A stretch of 64,000 nucleotides of DNA from a virus: positions 2,960-66,959 of the IMG/VR virus record IMGVR_UViG_2773857937_000001; one strand, 5' to 3'. Shown piece after piece: positions 53,937 through 64,000 of this stretch (positions are counted from its first letter, which is position 1; every line of letters begins with the position of its first letter). A program made the position numbers and the translations under genes. The notes beneath the pieces were generated by a model that saw only the letters and a list, made by a program, of their open reading frames with translations, searched no databases and was not told the origin of the DNA.

Positions 53937-54503
53937 ATGTCCCCGCAAGAACTACTCGAACAAGTAAAAAAACGCTTCGTACCACTGCTGGCCGACGAAA
54001 AGGATTTGCTTGAAACGCTGGTACGGCAAGCGCTTGGCGCTTATCAGGACCGTGCTGGATACAGTAAACGGATACGTATTACTGATACCAGCGTAACTTC
54101 AATTGCATTCCCAGCAGATTTTCTCGCCCTTGTCTCAGTAACAGACCATACAGGCGATCTTGTTTATTCGGACGTGTTTGATGGAGTTATTGAGCTGGAA
54201 GACCTGTGTAATGCTGTGTACCCGTTGACTCTTACCTACCTCGCGAATCTTCGAGATATGGATCTGGCAAAAGGGGAGGTGCCAGCGGATATCGTTGGCT
54301 TGCTTGAAGATTATCTTGAAGCCCTAATTGCAATCCCTAACACAGACCGATTACGCCGTGTCTCAATTGCCGGGAAACTCGATATGAGCAACCTTGCGGA
54401 TGAAAACACTCTCTACCAGCGTAAGTTGGATCTGGAAGAGAAAATGAGCGCTACGCGGTCAATTATCCCCGGAATAGTTCTCTTCTCTTCATGGTTGAAG
54501 TGA
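53937..54503 (+). CDS. putative tail structural protein (188 aa)
   Basis: Start at ATG 53937 (MSPQELLE), which has a GAGG RBS. Confidence 0.45.
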   Translation: MSPQELLEQVKKRFVPLLADEKDLLETLVRQALGAYQDRAGYSKRIRITDTSVTSIAFPADFLALVSVTDHTGDLVYSDVFDGVIELEDLCNAVYPLTLTYLANLRDMDLAKGEVPADIVGLLEDYLEALIAIPNTDRLRRVSIAGKLDMSNLADENTLYQRKLDLEEKMSATRSIIPGIVLFSSWLK

Positions 54504-54510
54504 GGTTGCC

Positions 54511-55107
54511 ATGATCGCGAGTGTTTCCACTTACTTAACTTCAGCCGTATCTACGGCCCTGTTTGGTTCCGGTGTTGGTGAGCGTGAAGTAGGGAAGCTG
54601 ACCTCCATCATTATGAACAAAATGCTTTTTGCTCAGGGGTGGCAATTCTCAGTCGAAGTGGATGGCCTGATCGGCGCTGACTTTTTCGCGAAGGATATTA
54701 CCTACCACGATTACAGCGTTGAGTATGAGCCTGCAAAAATCGGTGGGGGTACGATCCAACAACCTGTAGGTCGCGAGCCAGGGCAAATCACTATGATGGT
54801 ACGCGACACTGTGGATGGCATCGTTATGGATTGGTTTAAGCAGGCAAAAAACAGGGTTGTTAACGCCGATGGAACCGTGAACCTGCCTGGCGATTATCTT
54901 CTCAATATACGGATATACCAGATTCTCTCTGCTGGAGTGACGAAACTTGAAAATGAGATGACTGTATTTCCGGTAACAGTGGGAGATGTCACGTATGCAA
55001 GGGATCAGGTTACGGAATTTAAGTCATTCCCTATGACATTTGCGCTTCACAGCACGTTTAACCAATCGTCAGGAACCTTGGCTTCGCTATTCAGTTTCGT
55101 TCTTTAG
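54511..55107 (+). CDS. putative tail tube protein (198 aa, tub-position)
   Basis: Synteny (pmgC-tub-pmgB-sit) and size. Confidence 0.4.
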   Translation: MIASVSTYLTSAVSTALFGSGVGEREVGKLTSIIMNKMLFAQGWQFSVEVDGLIGADFFAKDITYHDYSVEYEPAKIGGGTIQQPVGREPGQITMMVRDTVDGIVMDWFKQAKNRVVNADGTVNLPGDYLLNIRIYQILSAGVTKLENEMTVFPVTVGDVTYARDQVTEFKSFPMTFALHSTFNQSSGTLASLFSFVL

Positions 55108-55113
55108 TGAAAG

Positions 55114-56016
55114 GTGGAAAGGATGCTCTTACCAGAATTCCCGTTACCGTCGTGCCCGTCTGAAGTTGTCCAATTTCGACAACCTAATATCGCGGATGCG
55201 ATGCGCTTCAACAAAATATCGCCCTCTGAAGAGGAGCAACAAACTACAGCTTATTTACGCGCATTATTGGTATATCCGGACAAACATGACGTCTGCAAAT
55301 GGACCGCTCAGGACCGGCGCACAGCGTTATGGTGGATCTACACTGGCTCGCATGATAGCCCGTATGAAACGTTCACCTATAACTGTAAAAACTGCGGTAA
55401 GGATCACTTCTACGACTGCGATATGAATGAACTGGCAGGATACATTCAGGTGTTGGATGTACCGCCTTATATAGACGATGTGGAAATCAATGTTGAAGGG
55501 GTGCCTCATCAATGGCGCATCATTCCGTTAGACGGATGGGCAATGGAAATGCTGGAACTACGGCGATCTGCATTGCCGCCGGAGGACTCGCCCGAATATG
55601 CCGATGAACTTATTGATCTCCGTCTTTGGGAGTTCGTGTATCAGTGCGAGCTTTATCACGATGTGAGCGGTACGCGTGAAGAGCAGGCAGATCGCAGATT
55701 CGACATCATCAAAAGCATGGCCATTGATACGGAATTCATGGTTCTGGCTTCTCGGATTCGACTAGCCCAGCAGACCTTAGATCACGGTCTGCCATGTCAT
55801 ATCGACAAAGGCGAAGCGCTTCTACATCTGCCACCTCATACCTGTCCAAATGACGAAAATAAGGAGCCCACAGACGGATTTACTACCCGTTTGTGGGTGC
55901 GATTTCGGCCTGTCTACTTCATTCCACAGGTGGGGCTTGAGAGATTATCAGACATTAGTATCCAACCTGGTTTTGTATGGGGGTATGCCGGATCAGGACG
56001 TGGAAAAACTGACTGA
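55114..56016 (+). CDS. putative tail assembly protein (300 aa)
   Basis: ORF in the late block. Confidence 0.45.
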   Translation: MERMLLPEFPLPSCPSEVVQFRQPNIADAMRFNKISPSEEEQQTTAYLRALLVYPDKHDVCKWTAQDRRTALWWIYTGSHDSPYETFTYNCKNCGKDHFYDCDMNELAGYIQVLDVPPYIDDVEINVEGVPHQWRIIPLDGWAMEMLELRRSALPPEDSPEYADELIDLRLWEFVYQCELYHDVSGTREEQADRRFDIIKSMAIDTEFMVLASRIRLAQQTLDHGLPCHIDKGEALLHLPPHTCPNDENKEPTDGFTTRLWVRFRPVYFIPQVGLERLSDISIQPGFVWGYAGSGRGKTD

Positions 56017-56077
56017 ACCTTTTGCATTCTTCCTGTTGGAACAACTCAAAGAAAAACTGAAACCTAAGCGGTAGATC

Positions 56078-59000
56078 ATGGAAAGAAAAAACGCAGGGAT
56101 TGGCGATGTAATTAACGCGGTTGAGCTGGCCAGCGAGAAAGAACTGGAAGAGTTGGCCCTCATCCGCGAATCGGTTGATGGGTTAAAAGGTTCTTTGGTT
56201 GCATCTGGCGCTGATGTACCTCGTTCCGTTGCCGCTAACATACGGGAAGCGAATAAACCGGCGAGACAGGGTTCTTCGGCAAAAGCTGATGCTGACGAAA
56301 TCGTACAGGCGATGAAGAAACTTAACCTTGGCGAAAACACGGCCACTACAGCCAAGGTGAAAGCCTCTAAGACAAAAGTCGATTCGTCGGTGGATGAGCG
56401 TCAGGCTCGGCTTCCCCAAGCCAGTAAGCGACGCAGAGAGCACACGGAACAAACTCTTACGCCGGTGCAAATGGCTGAAGCGGCCAATAATGCTCGTAAG
56501 GTGTTTAGCAAGACTGTTGGTGGCGATGGTTCCAAATCCAGTACGCCCACGCGTGATGCACACGGTCGTTTTATTGGAGGGAAGGGGAGTAAGGCTGCTA
56601 GCGACGCAGCAGAAGCCAAGCGCGTAGAGAAAGCGCGGCATCTTAATGAACAAGAGGAACAGGAGGACCGTGAGTCTTTTCTGAAGAAACTAACCAATGC
56701 AGTTGGAGAACTTGAAGACCCATCCGAAACGCGCGCCGTAGATGCGGCTGGATACGCTATAGGTGGGCCTCTATGGGCCATTGGTAAAGAGTTAGGAGGG
56801 ATCACAAAAGAAGTCGGCGGTACGGTAAACAATGCCCGTAAATCGATGGCAGAAGTTTTTAAAGGCAACGCTGATAAAAAAGAGCGTCGGGGATTTTTTG
56901 GCCGAAAATCGACAAACAGCGCTGATGTGGTTCAACTGAACACACAGAAGCGTACTGTGCAGGAGTTAGAAGATCAGACCGATGCGATAAAGGAAGGCGA
57001 TCAGAAAATTATCGACCGTCTGGATAAGATCGCAGGTAATACCAGCAAAAAGGGCGGAGGAATATTTTCCAAACTCTTCAGCATGTTCGGTAAAGGTGGG
57101 AAGGGGCTGGTTACATTACTTGGTGGGCTCCTGGGCGGCCGTCTGCTGGGTAAAGTTCTTGGAGGGAAATTAGGTAAAAGCGCCATTGGGAAAGTTGGCG
57201 CTATGGCGCTGGGTGGATTTGGACTGAATAAAATCACTCGCTCTCTTTTCGGCGCTGGAAAGGGCGGTGGTGCGGCACTTGCTGACGGTGGCGGTGCATT
57301 GGCTGCCAAAGGGGTCGGCCGCCTGGGAATGAAGGCTCTTGGGAAAGGATTACTTCGAGCAATCCCCATAGTTGGTGCTCTTGCTGGTGGCATTTATGAT
57401 GGTGTGTCGGGCTGGAATGATACTGATGGGCAGCGTAAAGCCTTTGGGCTGGCTGATGGTCAGGATCCGACTACTCAGCAAAAAACAGCGTATACGCTTG
57501 CCAATATTCTTGATATGGGTGGGCTGGTGTCTGGCCTTTCCGGGGCAATTGGTAGCGCTTTAAAATCGATGGGCTTTGATGCACTTGGTAACATGCTGCA
57601 ATCATTTTCTACCGATAGCATTGCTCAGGCGATCGATGAAACTCTTACTTCAGTTGGGAATAATATTTCTAACCTTGGCAATACGATTACGTCTACTTTT
57701 GACAATTATACTGCAAAAATCGGAGAGACGGTTTCAGGCTGGTTTGGAAGTATAAAGAAAGAGCTTACTGATAAATTAGATTCAGTAGTTAATTTCTTTA
57801 CTGTAGAAAACATCAAGAAAGTTTTTGAAGATGCTTTTAATAAAATTTTAGATTTTGTAAAAAATCCAATCGACCACATCACAAACAAAGCAAATCAATA
57901 TATTGACAATGTTAAAAATGGTTTGTCCGATGTAGGTACTAATATTAGTGATGGTGTAAAAAGTGCCTACAAGTGGGCCTTCGGGGATGACAAAACCCAA
58001 GGTGTTATTGAGAAGGGAGTTGAGTCAGCTAAAAATGTTGCTCAGTCAGCGGGTAAGGAGATATCAAAAGCTATTGATTCTATTAGTGAATCTGATGTTG
58101 TTAAAACGGCTTCTAGTGGCGCTAAATATCTTGAAGAGTCTGTCGGCAAAACGTCAGTAGCTGTATCTAATACAGCAAGATTAGCGACAAGTAACATTAC
58201 TGGCAGTGATAAAAGTGACGTTCAGAAAGCGGCAGAGACTTATAATAATGGTAATTTGAATAATGTAAAAATAAATAGCATAGATGAAACTGGTAGCTCA
58301 AATTTAAAGAGGATGGAACCTTACTTTCGGCAACTTGAGCAACAATATGGCTTGCCAGAGGGAGCGCTTTATTCCGTTGCGGCTACTGAATCAGGCGGTC
58401 ATGCTAATGCTAAATCCCAAACAGGGGCTAGAGGTATGTTCCAATTTACTGGCATAGCTCGAAAAGAAGTTGGGATGTCGGATGAAGATGCTTGGGATCC
58501 TGAAAAGTCAGCTGTAGGGGCAGCGCAATTACTGAGTAAATATCTGAAACAAGCCAATGGTGATTGGAATGAAGCTGTAACCGCATATAATGCTGGTTTT
58601 GGAACCATTAATAAATGGAAAAATGGCGAAAAAGACTTAACGAAAGAAAATAAAGAGTATGCAATAAAAGTAAATACTCATAGAGCAAAGTATTTAGGTG
58701 GGGAAGCATATACCCCCGGTGCGGGTTCTAATGCTGGCAATGTTAGCTCAGCGAATCTTATGGGCCTACCTGCTAATGCAAAAATCGATGAAGGAACCGG
58801 GTTAGCATTTACGCCAGGTGAAAATCCTTTCGAGAAAGGAGGGCTTGTAGACACGATTGGGGAAAAAATCGGCATAAATAGCATGGCCGATAAATTCCTA
58901 AGTGCTCCGGGTATGCGTCATCAGGTTGTACAGGGAACGCTTGCGGAACGAGCTTATGGCAAAGGTACAAGCACTCCAATGGGGAACATAGTTTCTCCAA

Positions 59001-59326
59001 ACGTTACGGATCAGTCGCCAGCTTCCGATATTCAACTCCCAACGGCCCGCATGCCTATGGATGGTCGTACGATAAGCGATCTTGGTGGTTCTGGCGTCAA
59101 ACCGACAATGCAGTTAGCAGATAATACAGTTTCATTGGATAGCGACACTAAACGACTTTTCGCGCGTATAGCCGGGATTTTGGACCGAATTGAAGGGCAT
59201 ACAAAGGATACGGCGAAAAACCAGGGGGCAACCGTCAAAGTTAACACCCCTCAGCCTAGCGTGGCCAAAACAGTACCATTATCCATTGATGATCCATTAA
59301 TGAATGATTATGCGAGGATTGATTGA
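56078..59326 (+). CDS. sit: Sit-like tape-measure/injection protein with lytic transglycosylase domain
   Basis: 1082 aa. An SLT motif ATESGGHANAKS..GARGMFQF..Y..G in the C-terminal third, and a Gly-rich hydrophobic repeat region in the middle. Confidence 0.7.
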   Translation: MERKNAGIGDVINAVELASEKELEELALIRESVDGLKGSLVASGADVPRSVAANIREANKPARQGSSAKADADEIVQAMKKLNLGENTATTAKVKASKTKVDSSVDERQARLPQASKRRREHTEQTLTPVQMAEAANNARKVFSKTVGGDGSKSSTPTRDAHGRFIGGKGSKAASDAAEAKRVEKARHLNEQEEQEDRESFLKKLTNAVGELEDPSETRAVDAAGYAIGGPLWAIGKELGGITKEVGGTVNNARKSMAEVFKGNADKKERRGFFGRKSTNSADVVQLNTQKRTVQELEDQTDAIKEGDQKIIDRLDKIAGNTSKKGGGIFSKLFSMFGKGGKGLVTLLGGLLGGRLLGKVLGGKLGKSAIGKVGAMALGGFGLNKITRSLFGAGKGGGAALADGGGALAAKGVGRLGMKALGKGLLRAIPIVGALAGGIYDGVSGWNDTDGQRKAFGLADGQDPTTQQKTAYTLANILDMGGLVSGLSGAIGSALKSMGFDALGNMLQSFSTDSIAQAIDETLTSVGNNISNLGNTITSTFDNYTAKIGETVSGWFGSIKKELTDKLDSVVNFFTVENIKKVFEDAFNKILDFVKNPIDHITNKANQYIDNVKNGLSDVGTNISDGVKSAYKWAFGDDKTQGVIEKGVESAKNVAQSAGKEISKAIDSISESDVVKTASSGAKYLEESVGKTSVAVSNTARLATSNITGSDKSDVQKAAETYNNGNLNNVKINSIDETGSSNLKRMEPYFRQLEQQYGLPEGALYSVAATESGGHANAKSQTGARGMFQFTGIARKEVGMSDEDAWDPEKSAVGAAQLLSKYLKQANGDWNEAVTAYNAGFGTINKWKNGEKDLTKENKEYAIKVNTHRAKYLGGEAYTPGAGSNAGNVSSANLMGLPANAKIDEGTGLAFTPGENPFEKGGLVDTIGEKIGINSMADKFLSAPGMRHQVVQGTLAERAYGKGTSTPMGNIVSPNVTDQSPASDIQLPTARMPMDGRTISDLGGSGVKPTMQLADNTVSLDSDTKRLFARIAGILDRIEGHTKDTAKNQGATVKVNTPQPSVAKTVPLSIDDPLMNDYARID

Positions 59327-59682
59327 TGTCTAACTTCAACGAAATTGATCCGCTACTGACGTTGGAACTATCTGGTGTAAAAACTTATGCCTCACAGGAG
59401 GAAGTGTGGGGGGCACGACTGTATGAATGGTTGAACACGCCGGTTGGACAGGTTTATGGCAATCCATCATGGGGCAATATATTGCCGGAATTTAAACATG
59501 ATCCAACTAATCAGTCGCATATCCAGATTGCTATAGAGGCCAGGCTTTTCTCAAAGTTACGCATTGACCTTCCCGATGTGCCTGCAAGTGGACTGATGGT
59601 TAGGGAGGGAAGCGAGATAGATAAGTTGGTTATCGCAATCCAGATCCATGACACCGTAATCACACAGGAAGTGAAACTATAA
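59323..59682 (+). CDS. putative baseplate protein (119 aa)
   Basis: Overlapping start (ATGA). Confidence 0.45.
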   Translation: MMSNFNEIDPLLTLELSGVKTYASQEEVWGARLYEWLNTPVGQVYGNPSWGNILPEFKHDPTNQSHIQIAIEARLFSKLRIDLPDVPASGLMVREGSEIDKLVIAIQIHDTVITQEVKL

Positions 59683-59683
59683 C

Positions 59684-61126
59684 ATGCGAAATTCTACCCC
59701 CACAAAGGCCAGCATTCAGGCGGAATTTGAAGCCCTGGTAGAGAAGGATTCCTTCTGGTCGCGCTTCGTTGGCTCGCAGTTTATTTCTATGCTGGCGTTG
59801 TTTATTACGCAGATCGTCTATCGCTGTTATCAGTATGCAGATTCTGCATTAGCTGAAGGATTTATTTCAACTGCGACGAGACGATCGTCAATCCTGGCTG
59901 CCGCCGAGACTAACAGCTATGTAGGCTCAAAACCCACACCATCGACTGGCCCCGTTGAAATTAAGAAAATGAGCGTAGATGCACCGGCTCGTATACCTCA
60001 ATACACACCGCTCATTTCTGATGACCAATACCCATATCTTACGATGAGCGAATGTAAATTCGATGCAAATGGGACGGCGGTTGTTGAGGTTGCGCAGTTG
60101 GAAATCCAGGAGGTGTCAGTCGTTGTTTCGGTTGAAAAACCCTTCATGGAAGTCGTGTTGTCGAAAGAACTTACATCTGTGTGCTCGCGGCTTGAGGTGT
60201 TTGTTAAAACTGAAGGTACGACATCGTTATGGTCTGCAAGCACCATGTTTCGTCTGGCGAACAAAGCCAGCCAGGTCTATGTCGAGTTTTATAAACCAAC
60301 GGAACAGTTAGGCGTACGTTTTGGGGATGGGCTTATCGGTAAGATCCCCCCTGAAGGTTCAACCATAACATTACGCGTCTGGTGTACGAATGGCGATATT
60401 ACTCTGGTAGCCGGTCAAAATCTTACTCCTGTTGATGCGGCCGCCGAGCTGGCCAGTTCAATCACTGTAAAAACAAGCGCGCCAATAACAAATGGTACTG
60501 ATGCAGAAACAACTGAGATCACCCGCAACCGGGCACAGTATTATCTTGCTTATGATGATCAGGTCGTATGGGGGGGTGACTACACGTTTTATTTAATCCG
60601 TAACATTCCCGGCATGACCTGGGTAACGGCCTGGGGGGAGGGACAGCAAGAGAAGTTGGACGGTGCATATAACGTCAGAAATATTAATAATATATTCATT
60701 TCTGGATGGCATCCAAACAAAACTCAGGATGAGTTGAAAGAAATGATTATGGCAGCGTTAAGCAAGGTTCCAAACGACTTGAATAAAACGTATACACATA
60801 AAGCCGTTAACGAATTGCCATTCAAAATAGCGTTAAGCGGCGCTATTTCTCCAAGTCTGTCTACAGAAACGGTTACTAGTGAGTTGCGCCAGGCACTGGA
60901 GACTCGCTTCGGTAAAGACTCATCTCATTTTGACCCTAAACGTGTAGGCAAGTATGTGCTTATTAAGAAAAAAGACTTGTGGGCATATATAGAGAAACTT
61001 GGCTTCTTTAAGGATTTCAGCCTTGAGTTTACTGATTGGCATGAATCGAATGGCTACTTTGATTTTGTGTACCTCGACGTGACCAATTCAACCTTCGATA
61101 TTGATGACGAGGGCGAATTCGAATAA
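59684..61126 (+). CDS. putative baseplate protein (480 aa, bplA-position)
   Basis: Synteny. Confidence 0.45.
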   Translation: MRNSTPTKASIQAEFEALVEKDSFWSRFVGSQFISMLALFITQIVYRCYQYADSALAEGFISTATRRSSILAAAETNSYVGSKPTPSTGPVEIKKMSVDAPARIPQYTPLISDDQYPYLTMSECKFDANGTAVVEVAQLEIQEVSVVVSVEKPFMEVVLSKELTSVCSRLEVFVKTEGTTSLWSASTMFRLANKASQVYVEFYKPTEQLGVRFGDGLIGKIPPEGSTITLRVWCTNGDITLVAGQNLTPVDAAAELASSITVKTSAPITNGTDAETTEITRNRAQYYLAYDDQVVWGGDYTFYLIRNIPGMTWVTAWGEGQQEKLDGAYNVRNINNIFISGWHPNKTQDELKEMIMAALSKVPNDLNKTYTHKAVNELPFKIALSGAISPSLSTETVTSELRQALETRFGKDSSHFDPKRVGKYVLIKKKDLWAYIEKLGFFKDFSLEFTDWHESNGYFDFVYLDVTNSTFDIDDEGEFE

Positions 61127-62232
61127 TGGAAAAGTCATGGTTCAGTAAACGGTTGACTGATGCAAAACAAAAATCTGTTTTGTATTTGTCACTTGCCGAA
61201 ATTATTCAGTCACTTACTAGTTCGTTTGTTGAGCCATGCCTTCAGCGAATCACGAATCGTAAGTCGATTTTTTCAATGGGTGAGGAGGACCTGGCCATTC
61301 GTACTAATGAACTTGGCCAGTTCTTCACGATTCGGACGGAAAACTCATCTTCTATACCGATGCTTCTACAGCAACGTTTTGATGAGATACATTTCAAGGG
61401 GACCGATCGTCCCATTAATCAGACCATTTACCGTGAATTTGATGGGCTACACGTAGCGTGGGAGCCTTTATATGCTCCTGTAGACATCGAGAAGTATCCG
61501 TATGGTACGGTTTTGATAACGCAAAGCACATTAGAAAGCACTGGCGGTATTTACGGTGAAATGTTTCTTACCTCGCGAGGGATGATCAGTGTATCCATCA
61601 ATGAACTGACTGAGAATATGGGAGGGGAGTCTGGTACTGGCTCTGAAAGGGCGGACCAATCAGAAATAACGGAGGCTGTGCTTACTAAATTTAACCAGTT
61701 TGTTCGACCGTTGCTTCCCCTACATATCGTTTTCGATGGTTTATCGCTTTTCATATCCGTTTACGCGGATGAGTTGTCGGAAACATTCACTTTATTCAGT
61801 GTTTCTGATACTAACAAAGAATATGCATGGACTGAGATTGCAGATAACGTTATCAGTTTTGACACCATCATTCGCTTACCTGCGATCACTGCCACACCTT
61901 GCGAAGTTGCTGATTTCACATCCCTTACTTTTGACAGACAGAAAGCCGATGGCGCGATCCTGGACTTTACTGAAAAAGGGGTGTTCGATGACCGGATCGA
62001 TGTATGGAGCCGGGGCATTGAAGGTTCTGAATGGCTGGTTTTAGGCGGGATAGCAACTGATCGGGGAATTATCTTTATTTCTGAACATTCAGACCTACTC
62101 GAAGGTGCTCAGTTTATTCAGCATATGGTCACACCTCCATCCGGAAACATAACGCCAGGATGGGACGATCAGACGGTGCTGTTTGACGATACCAAACTGG
62201 ATATGCAATTGCTTGACCGAAAGGATAGTTGA
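61126..62232 (+). CDS. putative baseplate/tail fibre-associated protein (368 aa, gp16-position)
   Basis: Synteny, with an ATG overlapping the upstream stop. Confidence 0.45.
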   Translation: MEKSWFSKRLTDAKQKSVLYLSLAEIIQSLTSSFVEPCLQRITNRKSIFSMGEEDLAIRTNELGQFFTIRTENSSSIPMLLQQRFDEIHFKGTDRPINQTIYREFDGLHVAWEPLYAPVDIEKYPYGTVLITQSTLESTGGIYGEMFLTSRGMISVSINELTENMGGESGTGSERADQSEITEAVLTKFNQFVRPLLPLHIVFDGLSLFISVYADELSETFTLFSVSDTNKEYAWTEIADNVISFDTIIRLPAITATPCEVADFTSLTFDRQKADGAILDFTEKGVFDDRIDVWSRGIEGSEWLVLGGIATDRGIIFISEHSDLLEGAQFIQHMVTPPSGNITPGWDDQTVLFDDTKLDMQLLDRKDS

Positions 62233-62279
62233 CAACGGACTTTCCATAAAATCTGACAGAAGACCTGCTGTCAGATTTT
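62229..62279 (+). promoter_or_regulatory. P1-type late promoter (TTGACAACGGACTTTCC-ATAAAAT) followed by perfect 12-bp inverted repeat AAAATCTGACAG-N8-CTGTCAGATTTT
   Basis: Read directly. Confidence 0.55.
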
Positions 62280-62291
62280 ATGGAGCCCTAA

Positions 62292-62729
62292 ATGACAACG
62301 ACTGTCTCTGATAAGCTCTACAAGAGCAAAATTCTCGATTATTACTACCAGCGACGCGCTGAATCCTCGATTAATGTCGGCGAGCGTTTCCTCATTAGCA
62401 AGGCCGTATTTGGGACGAGTGCGCTGGTAACTAAAAATGAAAGCGGTGATTACGATATCGCCGAATTACCCCGCAATTTTCTATTGTCAGATATGACAAG
62501 TCAGTTTTGCACGATTCCATTGGAACCGACCTACTCTGATGGCGTGATCACTATTCGTATGGATCTGGACCAGACTCAGCTAACTGACGGGACCAGCTAT
62601 GCATTCAATACCCTGGCTGTACTGGATAACCATGATAAGCCGATCGCGATCATGTGTGTCCAGGAGGATTCGTTATACGTAGGGAAAACGTATACGGCGG
62701 TTATGGGCATCAACACTACTATCGCATAA
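62292..62729 (+). CDS. putative tail fibre structure/assembly protein (R-position, 145 aa)
   Basis: Synteny immediately upstream of the tail fibre gene. Confidence 0.45.
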   Translation: MTTTVSDKLYKSKILDYYYQRRAESSINVGERFLISKAVFGTSALVTKNESGDYDIAELPRNFLLSDMTSQFCTIPLEPTYSDGVITIRMDLDQTQLTDGTSYAFNTLAVLDNHDKPIAIMCVQEDSLYVGKTYTAVMGINTTIA

Positions 62730-62741
62730 GGATTTGCAAAG

Positions 62742-64000
62742 ATGAGCGGTGATTCTGTTGTTATTTCTTCAGTAGCCTTTCCTGACCCTCGTAATTTGCC
62801 GCTTGTGGCGGATATGCAGTATCACGAGCCGTATACATCGGCGGGACTTAACCGCAAGCTACGCGGAATTTTGCGTGAAGGATTTTACGAGGGCTTTTTA
62901 CCCCGACCTGGTGGTGGGCTCAATTTACTGATCACTTCGGTCGATGGTGAGCATAAAACGGGTTCCGCATCGGTCAATATTGGCGATGACTACCAGATCA
63001 CTATCCGACAGCAGAAAGATGTAACTTTGGCACTCTCTGCCGGTACTAAATTCGCCATTATTTTGAAGGCTGTCTACACCCTTGGTTCTGATACTTACCA
63101 GGTAAATATCAAATCACCGACTCAAGCAGCCGAAATCTATGCTAAAAATTTCACTGAAAACTTCGTTCTTGGTGATGGTGAATTATTAATTTGTACCGTC
63201 AATGTGCCCGCCGGTGCGACTGAGATCACTTTGGGCATGATCGACAGCACTGATAAGAAAATCGCTACAATAGGCATTGAACTTAGTAACGATTTCAATA
63301 GTAACGAAGAAAAAAAAGCCGCCACGCCGAAAGCGGTAAAAGATGGTATCGAGAACCACGAAAAAAAAGCTGATCCGCATTCGCAGTATGCAATGAAGGA
63401 AAGCCCAACGCTATCCGGAGTGCCTAAAGCACCTACGGCGGCGGCGGGGAATAACACTACTCAAATCGCTAACACAGCATTTGTTCAGGCTGCCATATTA
63501 GCTTTAATCAATGGTGCGCCAACTACGCTTGATACGCTGAAAGAGTTGGCCGCAGCCATCAACAATGATCCCAACTTCAGCACGACGATTAGCAATGCCC
63601 TGGCGCTAAAAGCACCTTTACTTAGCCCAGGATTAACAGGCACCCCGACGGCACCGACGGCTCCTCAAGCGACAAATAACACGCAGATTGCTACGACGGC
63701 GTTTGTACGTAGTGCCATCTCAGCACTTGTAGGTTCTTCGCCGGAAGCCCTTGATACGTTAAATGAACTGGCGGCCGCGTTAGGCAATGACCCTAATTTT
63801 GCCACTACGATGACAAACGCATTGGCAGGCAAGCAACCACTTAATGAAATTCTTACGGCATATTCAGCGCTAAATACTGCTGCGAACAAGCTGGCTTTTT
63901 TTGATGGGCGTAACAGTGTTTCATTGGCAAATCTGACTGCTGTTGGTCGCGTACTGATCGGGCAAGAATCAGTATCAAAGGTTCTCGAATACCTTGGTTT
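62742..64000 (+). CDS. tail fibre protein S, N-terminal part (runs off window)
   Basis: An open frame from ATG 62742 to the window end. Collagen/fibre-like repeats TPTAPTAPQATNNTQIATTAFV / AAGNNTTQIANTAFV, typical of the constant part of P1/Mu-type tail fibres. Confidence 0.65.
   Translation, partial: MSGDSVVISSVAFPDPRNLPLVADMQYHEPYTSAGLNRKLRGILREGFYEGFLPRPGGGLNLLITSVDGEHKTGSASVNIGDDYQITIRQQKDVTLALSAGTKFAIILKAVYTLGSDTYQVNIKSPTQAAEIYAKNFTENFVLGDGELLICTVNVPAGATEITLGMIDSTDKKIATIGIELSNDFNSNEEKKAATPKAVKDGIENHEKKADPHSQYAMKESPTLSGVPKAPTAAAGNNTTQIANTAFVQAAILALINGAPTTLDTLKELAAAINNDPNFSTTISNALALKAPLLSPGLTGTPTAPTAPQATNNTQIATTAFVRSAISALVGSSPEALDTLNELAAALGNDPNFATTMTNALAGKQPLNEILTAYSALNTAANKLAFFDGRNSVSLANLTAVGRVLIGQESVSKVLEYLG

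Noticed and set aside
56183-59247. Minus-strand ORFs inside sit (up to 156 aa, Ala/Pro/Ser-rich).
   Set aside because: They are reverse-strand artefacts of the Gly-rich repeat region of the tape-measure gene.
63137-63889. Minus-strand ORFs (106, 64, 74 aa) inside the tail-fibre gene.
   Set aside because: They are antisense to a long, repeat-containing, clearly coding plus-strand frame, and are low-complexity artefacts.
1-64000. CRISPR arrays, IS elements/transposases, integrase/att sites, rRNA.
   Set aside because: I found no direct-repeat/spacer periodicity, no DDE or serine/tyrosine recombinase other than Cre, and no rRNA-like sequence. P1 IS1 is not present in this window.

Overview
This 64-kb window is a segment of a P1-like temperate phage-plasmid of Enterobacteriaceae. 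Many P1 landmarks are directly readable.

Landmarks read from the sequence:
- A loxP site identical to P1 (15201-15234), followed by a cre homolog (16723-17751).
- The c1 repressor and coi on the minus strand (13342-14513).
- lpa, pacA and pacB, with a cluster of GATC-containing hexamers in pacA that matches a pac site.
- ref.
- A plasmid maintenance block: incC iterons, repA, incA iterons, parA, parB and parS (40.7-44.5 kb).
- The Op-ban operon, the hrdC-dmt operon (RdgC-like protein plus a bifunctional C5/N6 methyltransferase), and an immI-like region (dual C1 operators, c4-like antisense RNA, icd, ant).
- Late morphogenesis genes: head, sheath, tube, a sit-like transglycosylase/tape-measure protein, baseplate genes, R, and the start of tail-fibre S.
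- At least 12 C1 operator-like sites (ATTGCTCTAATAAATTT family) and five late promoters of the TCAACAAATGACT-N8-TAAAAT type.

Organisation and departures from P1:
- Bases 1-21.6 kb run in P1 reference orientation; bases 28.9-64 kb run in inverted P1 order.
- res/mod, tciABC and the kilA-repL lytic replicon are not at their P1 positions.
- A prlF-yhaV toxin-antitoxin pair sits immediately downstream of ant, where kilA-repL would be expected.
- A 6-gene cassette bracketed by C1 operators lies between cre and ref.
- A 356-aa ORF is inserted between loxP and cre.
- A 10-kb island of small ORFs upstream of lpa includes a Dam-like methyltransferase, a macro-domain protein and an ASCH-like protein.
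- A protein with a DUF2829 (Tad2-like) C-terminal domain lies in the junction region.
- A catalytically degenerate paralog of the PacB terminase ATPase domain sits downstream of ban.

Most unusual: a family of three (plus one partial) ~130-nt structured tRNA-like elements on the minus strand. Each has an acceptor-like terminal stem (GTTGTGGTG...CACCACAAC), a 5'-proximal hairpin in the D-arm position, a GC hairpin in the T-arm position and a long variable core. They occupy ORF-free DNA at the positions where P1 carries its tRNA genes, and each lies downstream of C1 operators.

Some manually derived coordinates may be off by 1-2 nt.
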